DNA of 59,888 nt from a virus (Duplodnaviria > Caudoviricetes): positions 1 through 59,888 of the IMG/VR virus record IMGVR_UViG_3300025132_004452; one strand, written 5' to 3'. The position numbers were made by a program, and so were the translations under genes. Under the pieces are notes generated by a model. That model did no database searches. It saw nothing but the letters and a program-made list of their open reading frames with translations, and was not told where the DNA came from. Positions within the stretch are counted from its first letter, which is position 1. Every line of letters begins with the position of its first letter. This document shows positions 16,287 through 25,603 of the stretch, piece after piece.

Positions 16287-16589
16287 ATGGATAAAAAACA
16301 AATGAACGAACTAGCTGACATTATTATAGCTAAGCTTGAAGTTAAACAACAGCAATGGGATGATGAATTCCACAATTCTGTGCAAGATCTTTATGGTAAA
16401 GAATCTAGCAAAGAAGCTTTTATTATGACTGAAGAACAAGCTTTAATAGGTGAGCTTGCAAGACTACAAACTCTGCTTATGATCTTTGAAAACAACGAAG
16501 AGTATGAAAAAGCAGCGATACTATTAAGTAAATTAAATGCAATTAAAACAAAATTAAGAAAAGGAGATTATGACGAAGATGAAGATTAA
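16287..16589 (+). CDS. Protein with UVR-like C-terminal motif
   Basis: ENNEEYEKAAILLSKL resembles a UvrB/C coiled-coil motif. Confidence 0.6.
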   Translation: MDKKQMNELADIIIAKLEVKQQQWDDEFHNSVQDLYGKESSKEAFIMTEEQALIGELARLQTLLMIFENNEEYEKAAILLSKLNAIKTKLRKGDYDEDED

Positions 16590-17415
16590 AGCTATGCTAG
16601 CGCATAAATACAATGAAGATAAAGCAGATTACCCTGCATTTATACAACCAAAACTAGATGGCGTACGTTGTTTATTCACGGCTAAAGGCGCATTCTCTCG
16701 TGCTAATAACCAGTTCATGAATGTAGAGCATATTGAACAAGCTTTAAAACCGTTCTTTGCAAAAAACCCTACAGCAATACTCGATGGCGAATTATACAAC
16801 CACGGGCTAAAAGATGACTTTGAAAAAATCATCTCATTAGTTAAAAAGAAAAAACCAACAGATGCTGACAAAGCTGAAGCAGCTGAACTAGTACAATACC
16901 ACATGTATGATGTAGCTAGTATGACAATAGCTACTTATGTAGACAGAAACTTATTTTTATTAGCTGAGCCATCATTTAGAAACAGCTCAATACTAGATGT
17001 AACACCTACTAGACTAGCAACTGACTTTGATGATGCACAAAGGTTTCATGCTAAAAACCTTAAACTAGGTTACGAAGGCTCTATATACAGAACACCATCA
17101 GGCAAGTATAAAGGTACAAGATCATGGGATCTTATGAAATTTAAAGACTTTCACGATGACGAAGCAGTTATCGTAGGCTATGAAACAGGTAAAGGTAAGC
17201 GACAAGGCACGCTCGGTAAGTTCATCATGCAAGATGACGAAGGCATAGAGTTCGGCTGTCCACCGGGCAAAGGATATGACTACAAGGATCTTGCAGGTAT
17301 GCTCGATAACGTTCATGACTATATAGGTCAACGTGCTACCTTTACTTACTTTCAAAGAACTCAAGCAGGTTCTTACAGGCATCCACACTATAAATGTTTA
17401 CGTAACTACGAATGA
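16570..17415 (+). CDS. ATP-dependent DNA ligase
   Basis: QPKLDGVR (motif I), ILDGELY, YEGSIYR, LMKFK, OB domain, YRHP. Confidence 0.95.
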   Translation: MTKMKIKAMLAHKYNEDKADYPAFIQPKLDGVRCLFTAKGAFSRANNQFMNVEHIEQALKPFFAKNPTAILDGELYNHGLKDDFEKIISLVKKKKPTDADKAEAAELVQYHMYDVASMTIATYVDRNLFLLAEPSFRNSSILDVTPTRLATDFDDAQRFHAKNLKLGYEGSIYRTPSGKYKGTRSWDLMKFKDFHDDEAVIVGYETGKGKRQGTLGKFIMQDDEGIEFGCPPGKGYDYKDLAGMLDNVHDYIGQRATFTYFQRTQAGSYRHPHYKCLRNYE

Positions 17416-17921
17416 ATATATTTTATTTACATAAAGACCCAGTTGTTGCTGCTAAGGTACAATACAACAAACACGTTGTTAAAATGATCTTAGAATCAGC
17501 CCAGATGCTTTGTACAGCACATCATCATTATGCTGAACAATATGAATATGACAATAGTTATATACCTTACAGAAAAGCTCATTACAATCATCCATCTACA
17601 ATATGGACACGTGAAAGTGATGAGCATTACTTCTGGCTGTTTAATCATATGGTAGCACTAGGTAAAGAATATACTAAACGATACGGTAAAATACATTTAT
17701 CAATCAACAAATGTTTCTTACCATTATACAAATTACCAAATGGTATACCAAGCAAAGGTTTTGAACAACCACCTCAGTGTATGCCTGACGAATTTAAAAA
17801 CGAATGTAGTGTTAAAGCTTACTGGAACTACTACATAGGTGAAAAATACACAGTAGCTAATAAAGACGAGAAGATATATGAGAAAGCTGATATGGAAACT
17901 ATACAACGAAAATATGATTAG
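17412..17921 (+). CDS. Pyrimidine-dimer DNA glycosylase (DenV/endonuclease V family)
   Basis: MNIFYL...KHVVKMILESAQML...H.NHP.T.W...EY..RYGK.H. Confidence 0.8.
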   Translation: MNIFYLHKDPVVAAKVQYNKHVVKMILESAQMLCTAHHHYAEQYEYDNSYIPYRKAHYNHPSTIWTRESDEHYFWLFNHMVALGKEYTKRYGKIHLSINKCFLPLYKLPNGIPSKGFEQPPQCMPDEFKNECSVKAYWNYYIGEKYTVANKDEKIYEKADMETIQRKYD

Positions 17922-17960
17922 TGAAGAAGTTGCTAACTTATTATTGGATAAATACTACGA

Positions 17961-18149
17961 ATGAGACGCTACAAACACGAACTACAGAGATATTTAAAAT
18001 ACAAAAAGCATGTCTACTTAATTGAATTACACGTAGTTGAGTTACGTAATAAACTATGTAGACAAGCTTGTAAATACGGTAACGTTGATAAAGTTACTAG
18101 AGAATTATATTTAAAATATAACAAATATTTATATTTATTAAAACCTTAA
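17961..18149 (+). CDS. Hypothetical protein
   Basis: ORF track. Confidence 0.55.
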   Translation: MRRYKHELQRYLKYKKHVYLIELHVVELRNKLCRQACKYGNVDKVTRELYLKYNKYLYLLKP

Positions 18150-18252
18150 TATGGGACAATCAAAAAGAAATTTCGAAGAAATTGTATCTAGTTATAATGA
18201 ACAATTTAAACAACACATAGAAAATGAATACTTAATGTATGCAAAGCTAGAG

Positions 18253-18297
18253 TGTGACATAAGCCCTATAAATAAAGAGTAGGAGGCTAATGTCATA
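18253..18297 (-). repeat. 45-bp TGACA...TGTCACA element, copy 3 (inverted), overlapping ATG 18290
   Basis: Reverse complement TATGACATTAGCCTCCTACTCTTTATTTATAGGGCTTATGTCACA aligns without gaps to copy 1. Confidence 0.85.
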
Positions 18298-18916
18298 CGA
18301 TAGAAATATAAAATATTTAAATGATAAAAGAATTATATACCGTACAACACCAACGGATAAACCAACTAAAGTTTATAGCTGGGGATTATATTACAAAGAT
18401 GGTACTTACCAATGTTATGATTTATTTAGGTCTAAAGCTAAAATAAATACTTATAAATCTTTAAAATGGCATTTATTAGTATTGTGGTATTTAAACCCTG
18501 AGCTTAATCCAGATCAATTTAAAAAACTAACGTATGTTTTAACTACTAAAGAAAATGGTTTTACTACTTTCAGCATATCAGATAATGTTTTAGAAAAAAT
18601 ATTACACGATGTGTATATGTCTGATCTTGAAGAACCACCAACTAATAGATTAAGAAAAATAATTTTTAATACTATGTGTGGTTTAACAGCTAAAGAAAAG
18701 CTAAAAATAGTAGGAAAGTTATCTGGCAAAAACAAAAAAGTACAACAAGATGATCTATATCAGAGCATGTTAGACATAAACGATATGGGTGTTAAAATAA
18801 CCATAAGTAATCTAGCTGAACTATTTAAATGTTCAAGTAGAACAATACATAGAAATATGGGCGAAGAGCTAAAAAGAGAAAAAGAATTATTAAATAAAGA
18901 AATTGAAAAAGTATAA
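18290..18916 (+). CDS. DNA-binding protein with C-terminal HTH (candidate initiator or regulator)
   Basis: ITISNLAELFKCSSRTIHRNM HTH. Confidence 0.7.
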   Translation: MSYDRNIKYLNDKRIIYRTTPTDKPTKVYSWGLYYKDGTYQCYDLFRSKAKINTYKSLKWHLLVLWYLNPELNPDQFKKLTYVLTTKENGFTTFSISDNVLEKILHDVYMSDLEEPPTNRLRKIIFNTMCGLTAKEKLKIVGKLSGKNKKVQQDDLYQSMLDINDMGVKITISNLAELFKCSSRTIHRNMGEELKREKELLNKEIEKV

Positions 18917-19661
18917 TATTAAAAATTATATAAGATATAAAGAAGATATAAAACTAGCTATTCAAAAAATACCAGTTAAAAACTTTGTTGATTATACTAA
19001 TAAAGAACTAAAAATAATATTCTTACCTTTAGTAGAAAACGTTGCAAGAAAATTTTCAACCGCTCAAGAAGCTTCAGGTGTTATGTCTATAATGGATTTA
19101 ATACAAGAAGGTAGTATACAACTTTGCAAAGCTGTTGATAAAATAGATAGAGAAAAGTTAGCCGATTCAGATGATGTAGCTAAAACTCTAAAATCATTTT
19201 TTGCAAAAAGAGTTAGAGGTGGAATACGTAGAGAAATAGATAGAAACAGAGCTCAAATGCGTATACCAGAGCATAAACTAAACGAGATAAGAAAAGACGG
19301 TGGTAAAGATAAAAAAATGGTTGCTATGTTTTTTAATTCAATGTTTTTAAGTATAGATAATAAACCTTACGAAGATGATGATATGATATATCAAATACCT
19401 GATAAATCAGATCCTTATAATGAAGACATGTTAAATGCTTACATAATGAGCTTATTAACTAAACATCTTGAATGGAAAGAAATGTTTACATTAGAAAAAA
19501 GCTATGGTTTAACAGGTCCTAAATGGTCTGCTAAAGAAATAGCTGATAAATTAGATATACACGGAGTATCATCTTATGTAAGAGTTTCAGAGTTAAAAAG
19601 ACAAGCAGTCGACAAACTTATAGAAAATGTAGATCACTCGCAAGTGGTTGACTTTCTGTAA
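18903..19661 (+). CDS. RNA polymerase sigma-70 family factor (TTG start)
   Basis: LPLVENVARKF...MDLIQEGSIQL.KAVDK (region 2); MRIPEHK; C-terminal HTH AKEIA...RVSELKRQA. Confidence 0.88.
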   Translation: MKKYNIKNYIRYKEDIKLAIQKIPVKNFVDYTNKELKIIFLPLVENVARKFSTAQEASGVMSIMDLIQEGSIQLCKAVDKIDREKLADSDDVAKTLKSFFAKRVRGGIRREIDRNRAQMRIPEHKLNEIRKDGGKDKKMVAMFFNSMFLSIDNKPYEDDDMIYQIPDKSDPYNEDMLNAYIMSLLTKHLEWKEMFTLEKSYGLTGPKWSAKEIADKLDIHGVSSYVRVSELKRQAVDKLIENVDHSQVVDFL

Positions 19662-19704
19662 GTTACCTATGTAAAACAATAAATAAATACGTAATTATAT
19701 ATAT

Positions 19705-20232
19705 ATGACAATTAACGAAAAGTTAAGTAAAATCCAAGTTGAGTTTAAATCGAAGAAAAGTAGATTTAACTCATTCGGTAAGTACAATTTCCGTTCTGCC
19801 GAAGACATTCTCGAAGCAACAAAACCCTTTTTAAAGGAGTTAAACGTTACAGTTACAGTAGATGAAGAGCTAGTATCTTTTGACCCACCAGTTATGCAGG
19901 TTACTGCTAAAATATCTGATGGTAAAGATTCAATAAACTCTAAAGCTGTAGTAGGCGTTGACCTTGATCAAAAAGGTATGCAAATGCCACAGAGATATGG
20001 TGCTGCAAGTTCATACGGTAAAAAGTATGCGCTTGGTAATCTATTCTTGATTGATGACACTCAAGATTCAGATGCAACTAATACACACGGTAAAGCAACT
20101 GCCGCAAAACAAACAATGACTAAAGAGTCTTTAGCTAAAGCCAAAGAATACATTAATAAAGGCGGTAGCTTAAGTGCTATTAAAGCTAAGTACGTAGTCA
20201 CAAAAAAGCATGAAGAAATGCTAACACTATGA
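19705..20232 (+). CDS. ERF-family ssDNA annealing protein
   Basis: FGKYNFRSAEDIL...Q..GAASSYGKKYALGNLFLIDDT.D.D. Confidence 0.88.
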   Translation: MTINEKLSKIQVEFKSKKSRFNSFGKYNFRSAEDILEATKPFLKELNVTVTVDEELVSFDPPVMQVTAKISDGKDSINSKAVVGVDLDQKGMQMPQRYGAASSYGKKYALGNLFLIDDTQDSDATNTHGKATAAKQTMTKESLAKAKEYINKGGSLSAIKAKYVVTKKHEEMLTL

Positions 20233-20960
20233 AAAGAAAAGAAATAATAGATAAGCTTAGAATTGATGAGCATTACTATGGTAATTTTGGTAAACAGTAT
20301 TTAAGTAACTCAGATATATCTACATTACTTAAAAACCCATTAGCTTTAAAAGAGCCTAGTAAATCAAATGTTCATTTTTTGATAGGAGGTTATTTTCACA
20401 CTGCTATATTAGAACCAAACAAAATTAAGAATTTTAAAATTGTTGAGTCTAGTAGTAGGAACACTAAAGCATATAAAGAAATGTCTGGTGGTGAAATGTG
20501 CTTACTGCAACATGAAGTAGATAAGACTGAAGCTCTAGTTCAAAAGCTTATGGATAACAAAGTCTGCAGAGACCTCATCTCAGAAGAAAAAGGAGAATAT
20601 GAAGTACCTGCTATTACCGAGCTCTACGGTCAAATGTGGAAAGGTAAAGCTGACATTGTTAACCACAATGAAAAATTAATAATAGATCTTAAAACAACTT
20701 CTGATCTTGATAACTTTAAATGGAACGCTAAGAAATATAATTATGATTCTCAAGCATACATTTACAGTAAGTTATTTGGTTATGAGTTCGTGTTTATAGC
20801 AATAGACAAAAATTCAGGTCAAATAGGTTTATTCGACTGTTCAACTAACTTTTATAAGTCAGGTGAGTTAAAGGTTGAAAAAGCATCAGAAGCATACGAT
20901 TTATTTTATAACACAGAGGGATTTGACCCTCACCAATATTTTATAAACCAAACCTTATAA
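20229..20960 (+). CDS. PD-(D/E)XK exonuclease (RecE/DUF3799-like)
   Basis: LS.S, G..FHTAILEP, KGKAD, IIDLKTT, YDSQAYIY. Confidence 0.85.
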   Translation: MKRKEIIDKLRIDEHYYGNFGKQYLSNSDISTLLKNPLALKEPSKSNVHFLIGGYFHTAILEPNKIKNFKIVESSSRNTKAYKEMSGGEMCLLQHEVDKTEALVQKLMDNKVCRDLISEEKGEYEVPAITELYGQMWKGKADIVNHNEKLIIDLKTTSDLDNFKWNAKKYNYDSQAYIYSKLFGYEFVFIAIDKNSGQIGLFDCSTNFYKSGELKVEKASEAYDLFYNTEGFDPHQYFINQTL

Positions 20961-20961
20961 T

Positions 20962-21279
20962 ATGGCAGGAATAATAAAAGCAAGCATTAACTTAAATGCA
21001 ATAGACAAATCAAAAATAATTGAAGGTAAAAAAGGTAAATACTTACCTGTAACCATTACCATCAATGACGAACCAGACCAGTTCGGTAATCAAGGGCCAA
21101 TATGTATGGACCAAACCAAAGAGGAAAGAGAAGCTAAAACACCAAAGCAATACTTAGGTAATGTTAAAGTTGTTTGGACTAACGGAACTTTCCCTGATAA
21201 AATACCATATGAAGCAAACGGTCAAGCTCCACAACAAACTAAACAACCAGCAAAAGTAGAGGACGATCTACCATTTTAA
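20962..21279 (+). CDS. Single-stranded DNA-binding protein (putative)
   Basis: Beta-rich body with an acidic C-tail EDDLPF; lies between the exonuclease and primase-helicase. Confidence 0.7.
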   Translation: MAGIIKASINLNAIDKSKIIEGKKGKYLPVTITINDEPDQFGNQGPICMDQTKEEREAKTPKQYLGNVKVVWTNGTFPDKIPYEANGQAPQQTKQPAKVEDDLPF

Positions 21280-21288
21280 TTAAATCAA

Positions 21289-23001
21289 ATGCAAGTCGAA
21301 CAAACAGAGATCAATGGTTTTCAAATTGAAAACTTTAATCAGCACGGCTTAGAAGCAGGAAAACCGCAGGGGACTTGTCCCCTGTGTTCTTCTTCTAGGA
21401 AACCTGAGAATAGAAAAGCAAAGTGTGCTAGCTATGATTGGGAGCGTGGTCTCGGTACTTGCCATAACTGTGATAGCAGTTTTCAATTACACACATACAA
21501 ACGTAAAGGTAAAGCTGAACGTGACTATGTTATACCTGAAATTAAAAAGGTTGATCTTGTAGTTGATAAAACGTTAGAATGGTTTAAGACTAGAGGAATA
21601 TCTAAGGATACACTAGATGAATTAAAAGTTAGTGTTGGTAAAGAATACATGCCTCAAACCGGCAAAGCCGAGAATACTATACAGTTTAATTATTACGTAG
21701 GTGGACAACTTACTAATGTTAAATACAGAGATGGTAGAAAAAACTTTAAGCTTTACAAAGGAGCTGAAAAAGTATTTTATAACATAGATAATATTGTAGG
21801 CCATGATTACTGTGTAATTGTCGAAGGTGAGATGGATGTCTTAGCCTTACATGAAGCGGGAATTACAAATGCAATATCAGTTCCAAATGGAGCTACACTG
21901 AATACGAACAATCTAGACTATTTAGATAACTGTATTGATTATTTTGACGATATGTCTAAGATAATCATTGCGGTTGATTCAGATGCACCAGGACAAGCTT
22001 TACAGACTGAATTAATACGTAGGCTTGGAGCTGAGACCTGTTATATAACTACGTTTGATGATTGTAAAGACGCTAACGAGTACTTAATAAAGTATTCAGC
22101 TAAAGAGCTATTGTCACGTGTTACAAACGCAAAGCCTGTACCTCTTGAAAACGTTACAACGTTTAGAGATATCGAAGATGAAATTACAGACTTTGTTCGT
22201 AATGGATTTAAAAAAGGTTTTCAAATAGGTTTAGAAAACTTTGATAATATATTTTCTACGTATACTAAACAATTTATAACAGTCACAGGTATACCTAGTT
22301 CAGGTAAGTCAGACTTTGTAGATCAAATGGTTGTAGGTTATAATAAAGAATATCAATGGAAAACAGCATTTGCTTCACCTGAAAACGCACCAACATATTT
22401 ACACGCACATAAGTTAATGCGTAAAGTATGGGGTGATATGCCTGACAAAGGAGATATTGGTGGAGATAAATGGAATCAAGTAGCTGAACATGTTAATGAT
22501 AACTTTTTCTTTATTGATATGGAACGTTATACATTGGAATCTGTATTACGTAAAGGAGCTGAGCTTGTTAAACGTAAAGGTATTAAATGCCTTGTTATAG
22601 ATCCATTTAATAAGGTTAGAGACGTTGACTGTACAACAGAGGATGTTAACCGTTACACAATGGAATATCTAACTAAGATCGAAACCTTTGCTAAGAAATA
22701 TGACGTGCTAGTATTTATAGTGGCTCATCCAACTAAAATGTATAAAACGCAAGATGGAAAAATTGAAGAACCAACTATGTATAATATTAAAGGCGGCGGC
22801 GAATGGTACGATGCTAGTTATCACGGGCTTCTCGTCCATAGGGATTATGAGCTTAAGACAACTAAAGTTAAAGTTCTTAAGTGTAAGTTTCAAAACCTTG
22901 GTGAAAACGGTGCTGAAGCATTTTTTAAGTGGGAACCACGCTCAGGATGCTTTATTCCGGAGGTAGTGCCAGAGCTTGAAGAGAAAATGCCATGGGAATA
23001 A
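21289..23001 (+). CDS. Primase-helicase (T7 gp4/Twinkle-like)
   Basis: CPLC...CHNC zinc finger; TOPRIM IVEGEMD and D.D..G; Walker A GIPSSGKS; VIDP; VAHP. Confidence 0.95.
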   Translation: MQVEQTEINGFQIENFNQHGLEAGKPQGTCPLCSSSRKPENRKAKCASYDWERGLGTCHNCDSSFQLHTYKRKGKAERDYVIPEIKKVDLVVDKTLEWFKTRGISKDTLDELKVSVGKEYMPQTGKAENTIQFNYYVGGQLTNVKYRDGRKNFKLYKGAEKVFYNIDNIVGHDYCVIVEGEMDVLALHEAGITNAISVPNGATLNTNNLDYLDNCIDYFDDMSKIIIAVDSDAPGQALQTELIRRLGAETCYITTFDDCKDANEYLIKYSAKELLSRVTNAKPVPLENVTTFRDIEDEITDFVRNGFKKGFQIGLENFDNIFSTYTKQFITVTGIPSSGKSDFVDQMVVGYNKEYQWKTAFASPENAPTYLHAHKLMRKVWGDMPDKGDIGGDKWNQVAEHVNDNFFFIDMERYTLESVLRKGAELVKRKGIKCLVIDPFNKVRDVDCTTEDVNRYTMEYLTKIETFAKKYDVLVFIVAHPTKMYKTQDGKIEEPTMYNIKGGGEWYDASYHGLLVHRDYELKTTKVKVLKCKFQNLGENGAEAFFKWEPRSGCFIPEVVPELEEKMPWE

Positions 23002-23259
23002 ATGCTACCTAAAAAAGTAGAATGGAAACATCCTATGTGGAATAGAGAAAACACTATAGCATATCAATGGTGTATAAAACATGGTATTAAAATATACTCC
23101 GTGCCTTGCAGTAAGGGTTTTGGTAACAAGACTTGTTGGATAGAGGTAAATATAAACGGAAGAAAACAGTTAAGTCCAAAGACTTATGGTCCAACAGAAT
23201 TATGGCCAAAAGTTATGGAACTATATAAATTTTATTATGACAAAAACATTCGCAAATAA
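23002..23259 (+). CDS. Hypothetical protein
   Basis: ORF track. Confidence 0.65.
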   Translation: MLPKKVEWKHPMWNRENTIAYQWCIKHGIKIYSVPCSKGFGNKTCWIEVNINGRKQLSPKTYGPTELWPKVMELYKFYYDKNIRK

Positions 23260-23950
23260 ATTTACAAACGCAGATGAAGCTTTTCAGTATTGGTATCAAT
23301 GTATAGAAAAATACGGTACTGAATTTGCAGGTACTAAAGCTTTGTTTAATATAGGTTTTCAAATGGATAAACCTAATGAAAACCACATAAGACCAAGTTG
23401 GCGTAAGTGGAATCATGATTATGCAGAAGCTGAATGGCAATGGTATCTATCTGGTGATCGTAATGTAGAAGCGCTAGGTAAACTATATGGAAAAGTGCCT
23501 AGTATATGGAAACGTATGGCTGATAAAAAAGGTGAAGTGCACTCTAACTATGGTTATCAGTGGAAACGTAACGAACAATTAGATAAAGTTATAGCTTTAT
23601 TAAAGAGAGATCCAGAAACCAGACAAGCAGCAATATCAATATATGATGGTAAAGAAATAAATACTTATTGGAAAGATACGCCTTGTACTTATGCAGTTCA
23701 ATTCACAGTTGTAAAAGATCATTTAAATATGGCTGTTACAATGCGATCTAATGACCTCTGGTACGGCTTCTGTAACGATCAATATTGTTTTGCACAATTA
23801 CAAAAATTAGTTGCAGAAAAAACAGGATATGAATTAGGTTCTTATTTCCATTTTGCACATAACTTACATTTGTATAAAAAAGATTTAGACAAATACTTAC
23901 CGCAACGTCCTGATAATCTTATGCAAAGAAAAGCTGACCATTATGGATAA
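23237..23950 (+). CDS. Thymidylate-synthase-fold enzyme, dCMP hydroxymethylase (T4 gp42)-like
   Basis: GEVHSNYG, DTPCT catalytic Cys, MRSNDLWYGFCND with Asp at the ThyA Asn177 position; likely start 23237. Confidence 0.8.
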   Translation: MTKTFANKFTNADEAFQYWYQCIEKYGTEFAGTKALFNIGFQMDKPNENHIRPSWRKWNHDYAEAEWQWYLSGDRNVEALGKLYGKVPSIWKRMADKKGEVHSNYGYQWKRNEQLDKVIALLKRDPETRQAAISIYDGKEINTYWKDTPCTYAVQFTVVKDHLNMAVTMRSNDLWYGFCNDQYCFAQLQKLVAEKTGYELGSYFHFAHNLHLYKKDLDKYLPQRPDNLMQRKADHYG

Positions 23951-24803
23951 AGAAACAACATATTATTTATACCATATACCGGGTAAAAAAATAGGTGTAA
24001 CGCGTGATCTTATAGATAGGGTTACAAACCAACAAGGCTATGCCTTAGACGAAGTAGAAGTTCTAGAACAAAGTAAAGATATTGATTATATATCTGACCG
24101 CGAGTTAGAACTTCAATTGTCTTATGGCTACAGAGTTGATAGACAAAAGTATAAAGACTTATACATTAATAAACCAAAAAACCAAATAATGAATATAAAC
24201 GCAACAGAACAAACCTCAACATTTCCAGTACCTTTAAATAAGTTAAAAGGTAGACTAATGGATGAATTAGGTAAAACGTGGGAAACTACTCATGGTCAGT
24301 TTAAAATATCACCAAGAACGATAGACTGGATTATGAAAAATGCTAAAACGTCAATGTACACCACTGAAAGAACTTATATATATAATAAAGCTTTCGCAAA
24401 AGAAATGTTAGTCGAAAACTTACAAGAGTACGCTAACATGCTAGACAAAAGAGTTAAGCAGACTAATGGTAAAGGAATGACTTGGAATAAAAGCTATTTA
24501 AAAACAGACAATAGGTTCCAGTTAATAAGAGACTGGGCTGGTGAACGTGGTCTTTATTCTAAAGGCGATACTAAAACTCAATTTTGTAAACTAATGGAAG
24601 AAGCTGGAGAACTTGGTAGAGCAGTATTAAAAAACGATCAAGCAGAGTTTGAAGATGCTATTGGCGATATGGTTGTTGTATTAACTAACCTAGCTCATTT
24701 AGGTGGAACAACAATTGAAGACTGTATTGACTCAGCATACAAAGTTATATCAAAAAGAACTGGTAAAATGGTTAACGGAACATTTGTAAAAGATGATAAG
24801 TAA
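23943..24803 (+). CDS. GIY-YIG-like N-terminus fused to MazG-like NTP pyrophosphatase
   Basis: YYLYHI...KIGVT.DL..R; C-terminal KLMEEAGEL...EDAIGD. Confidence 0.75.
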   Translation: MDKETTYYLYHIPGKKIGVTRDLIDRVTNQQGYALDEVEVLEQSKDIDYISDRELELQLSYGYRVDRQKYKDLYINKPKNQIMNINATEQTSTFPVPLNKLKGRLMDELGKTWETTHGQFKISPRTIDWIMKNAKTSMYTTERTYIYNKAFAKEMLVENLQEYANMLDKRVKQTNGKGMTWNKSYLKTDNRFQLIRDWAGERGLYSKGDTKTQFCKLMEEAGELGRAVLKNDQAEFEDAIGDMVVVLTNLAHLGGTTIEDCIDSAYKVISKRTGKMVNGTFVKDDK

Positions 24804-25080
24804 AGAGATAAAATTTAGAGATCCTGTTGTTGAAACAGTTGTAGATAAGTTTGTAGGTCGATCAGACGTAGGCTTTAAAAAATATGGCCAAACATTAGAT
24901 TCAGAACGTAAGACTGGAGTTAAAGATCTAGCAGGTTATTTAAACGATGTGCAAGAAGAACTAATGGATGCAATATTATATATTCAGGCAGCTAAAGATG
25001 AGTTGGCTGAAGCTAAAGACAAAGTCTATGGCAACAGTGTTAACGGTTTACCATACTATGTCTCGGATATTGCGTCGTAA
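24793..25080 (+). CDS. Small all-alpha NTP-pyrophosphatase-like protein
   Basis: R...G..KYG.TL...QEELMDAILYI. Confidence 0.55.
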   Translation: MISKEIKFRDPVVETVVDKFVGRSDVGFKKYGQTLDSERKTGVKDLAGYLNDVQEELMDAILYIQAAKDELAEAKDKVYGNSVNGLPYYVSDIAS

Positions 25081-25510
25081 AAAACGCGGTCCAGTTAGAG
25101 CTAAGAAAAAAGTTGTAGATGGTATAGAGTTTAAGTCAGGACTAGAAGCATATATGTATAAAGCTTTGAAAGAAGCTGGTATACAAGCTGAGTACGAAGG
25201 GGTAAAATACGAACTTACCCCTTCATTTGACTTTAATAATAAAAGTTATGAACGACAAGGAAATGGAAAAGGCGAGTACAAAGATCGCGGAGGCAAGAAA
25301 ATACTTAAGATCTCTTACACACCTGATTTTACAGGAACAGGATTCATCATTGAGTGTAAAGGAAGGGCAAACGAATCTTTTCCTATACGTTGGAAATTAT
25401 TTAAGAAATATGTCAGCGAACGACTTCATAGCGTTACTCTATATAAACCACAAAATCAAAAAGAATGCGACGAAACCGTGAGCCTAATTCTTGGGAAAAA
25501 AAAGATATAG
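25058..25510 (+). CDS. Holliday junction resolvase, T7 endonuclease I-like
   Basis: FKSGLE, YTPDF, IIECKG; likely start 25058. Confidence 0.85.
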   Translation: MSRILRRKKRGPVRAKKKVVDGIEFKSGLEAYMYKALKEAGIQAEYEGVKYELTPSFDFNNKSYERQGNGKGEYKDRGGKKILKISYTPDFTGTGFIIECKGRANESFPIRWKLFKKYVSERLHSVTLYKPQNQKECDETVSLILGKKKI

Positions 25511-25603
25511 CAAGAAGAAAATACGCTGAACGTCAATTAGAAAAGTTTATAAAATGGAGCGTTGAAAGTAAAGGTTATTTAAAATATAAAGAATTAATAG
25601 AGT

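Noticed and set aside
23237-23950. Ordinary thyA
   Set aside because: Asp instead of Asn at the specificity position and gp42-like flanking motifs.
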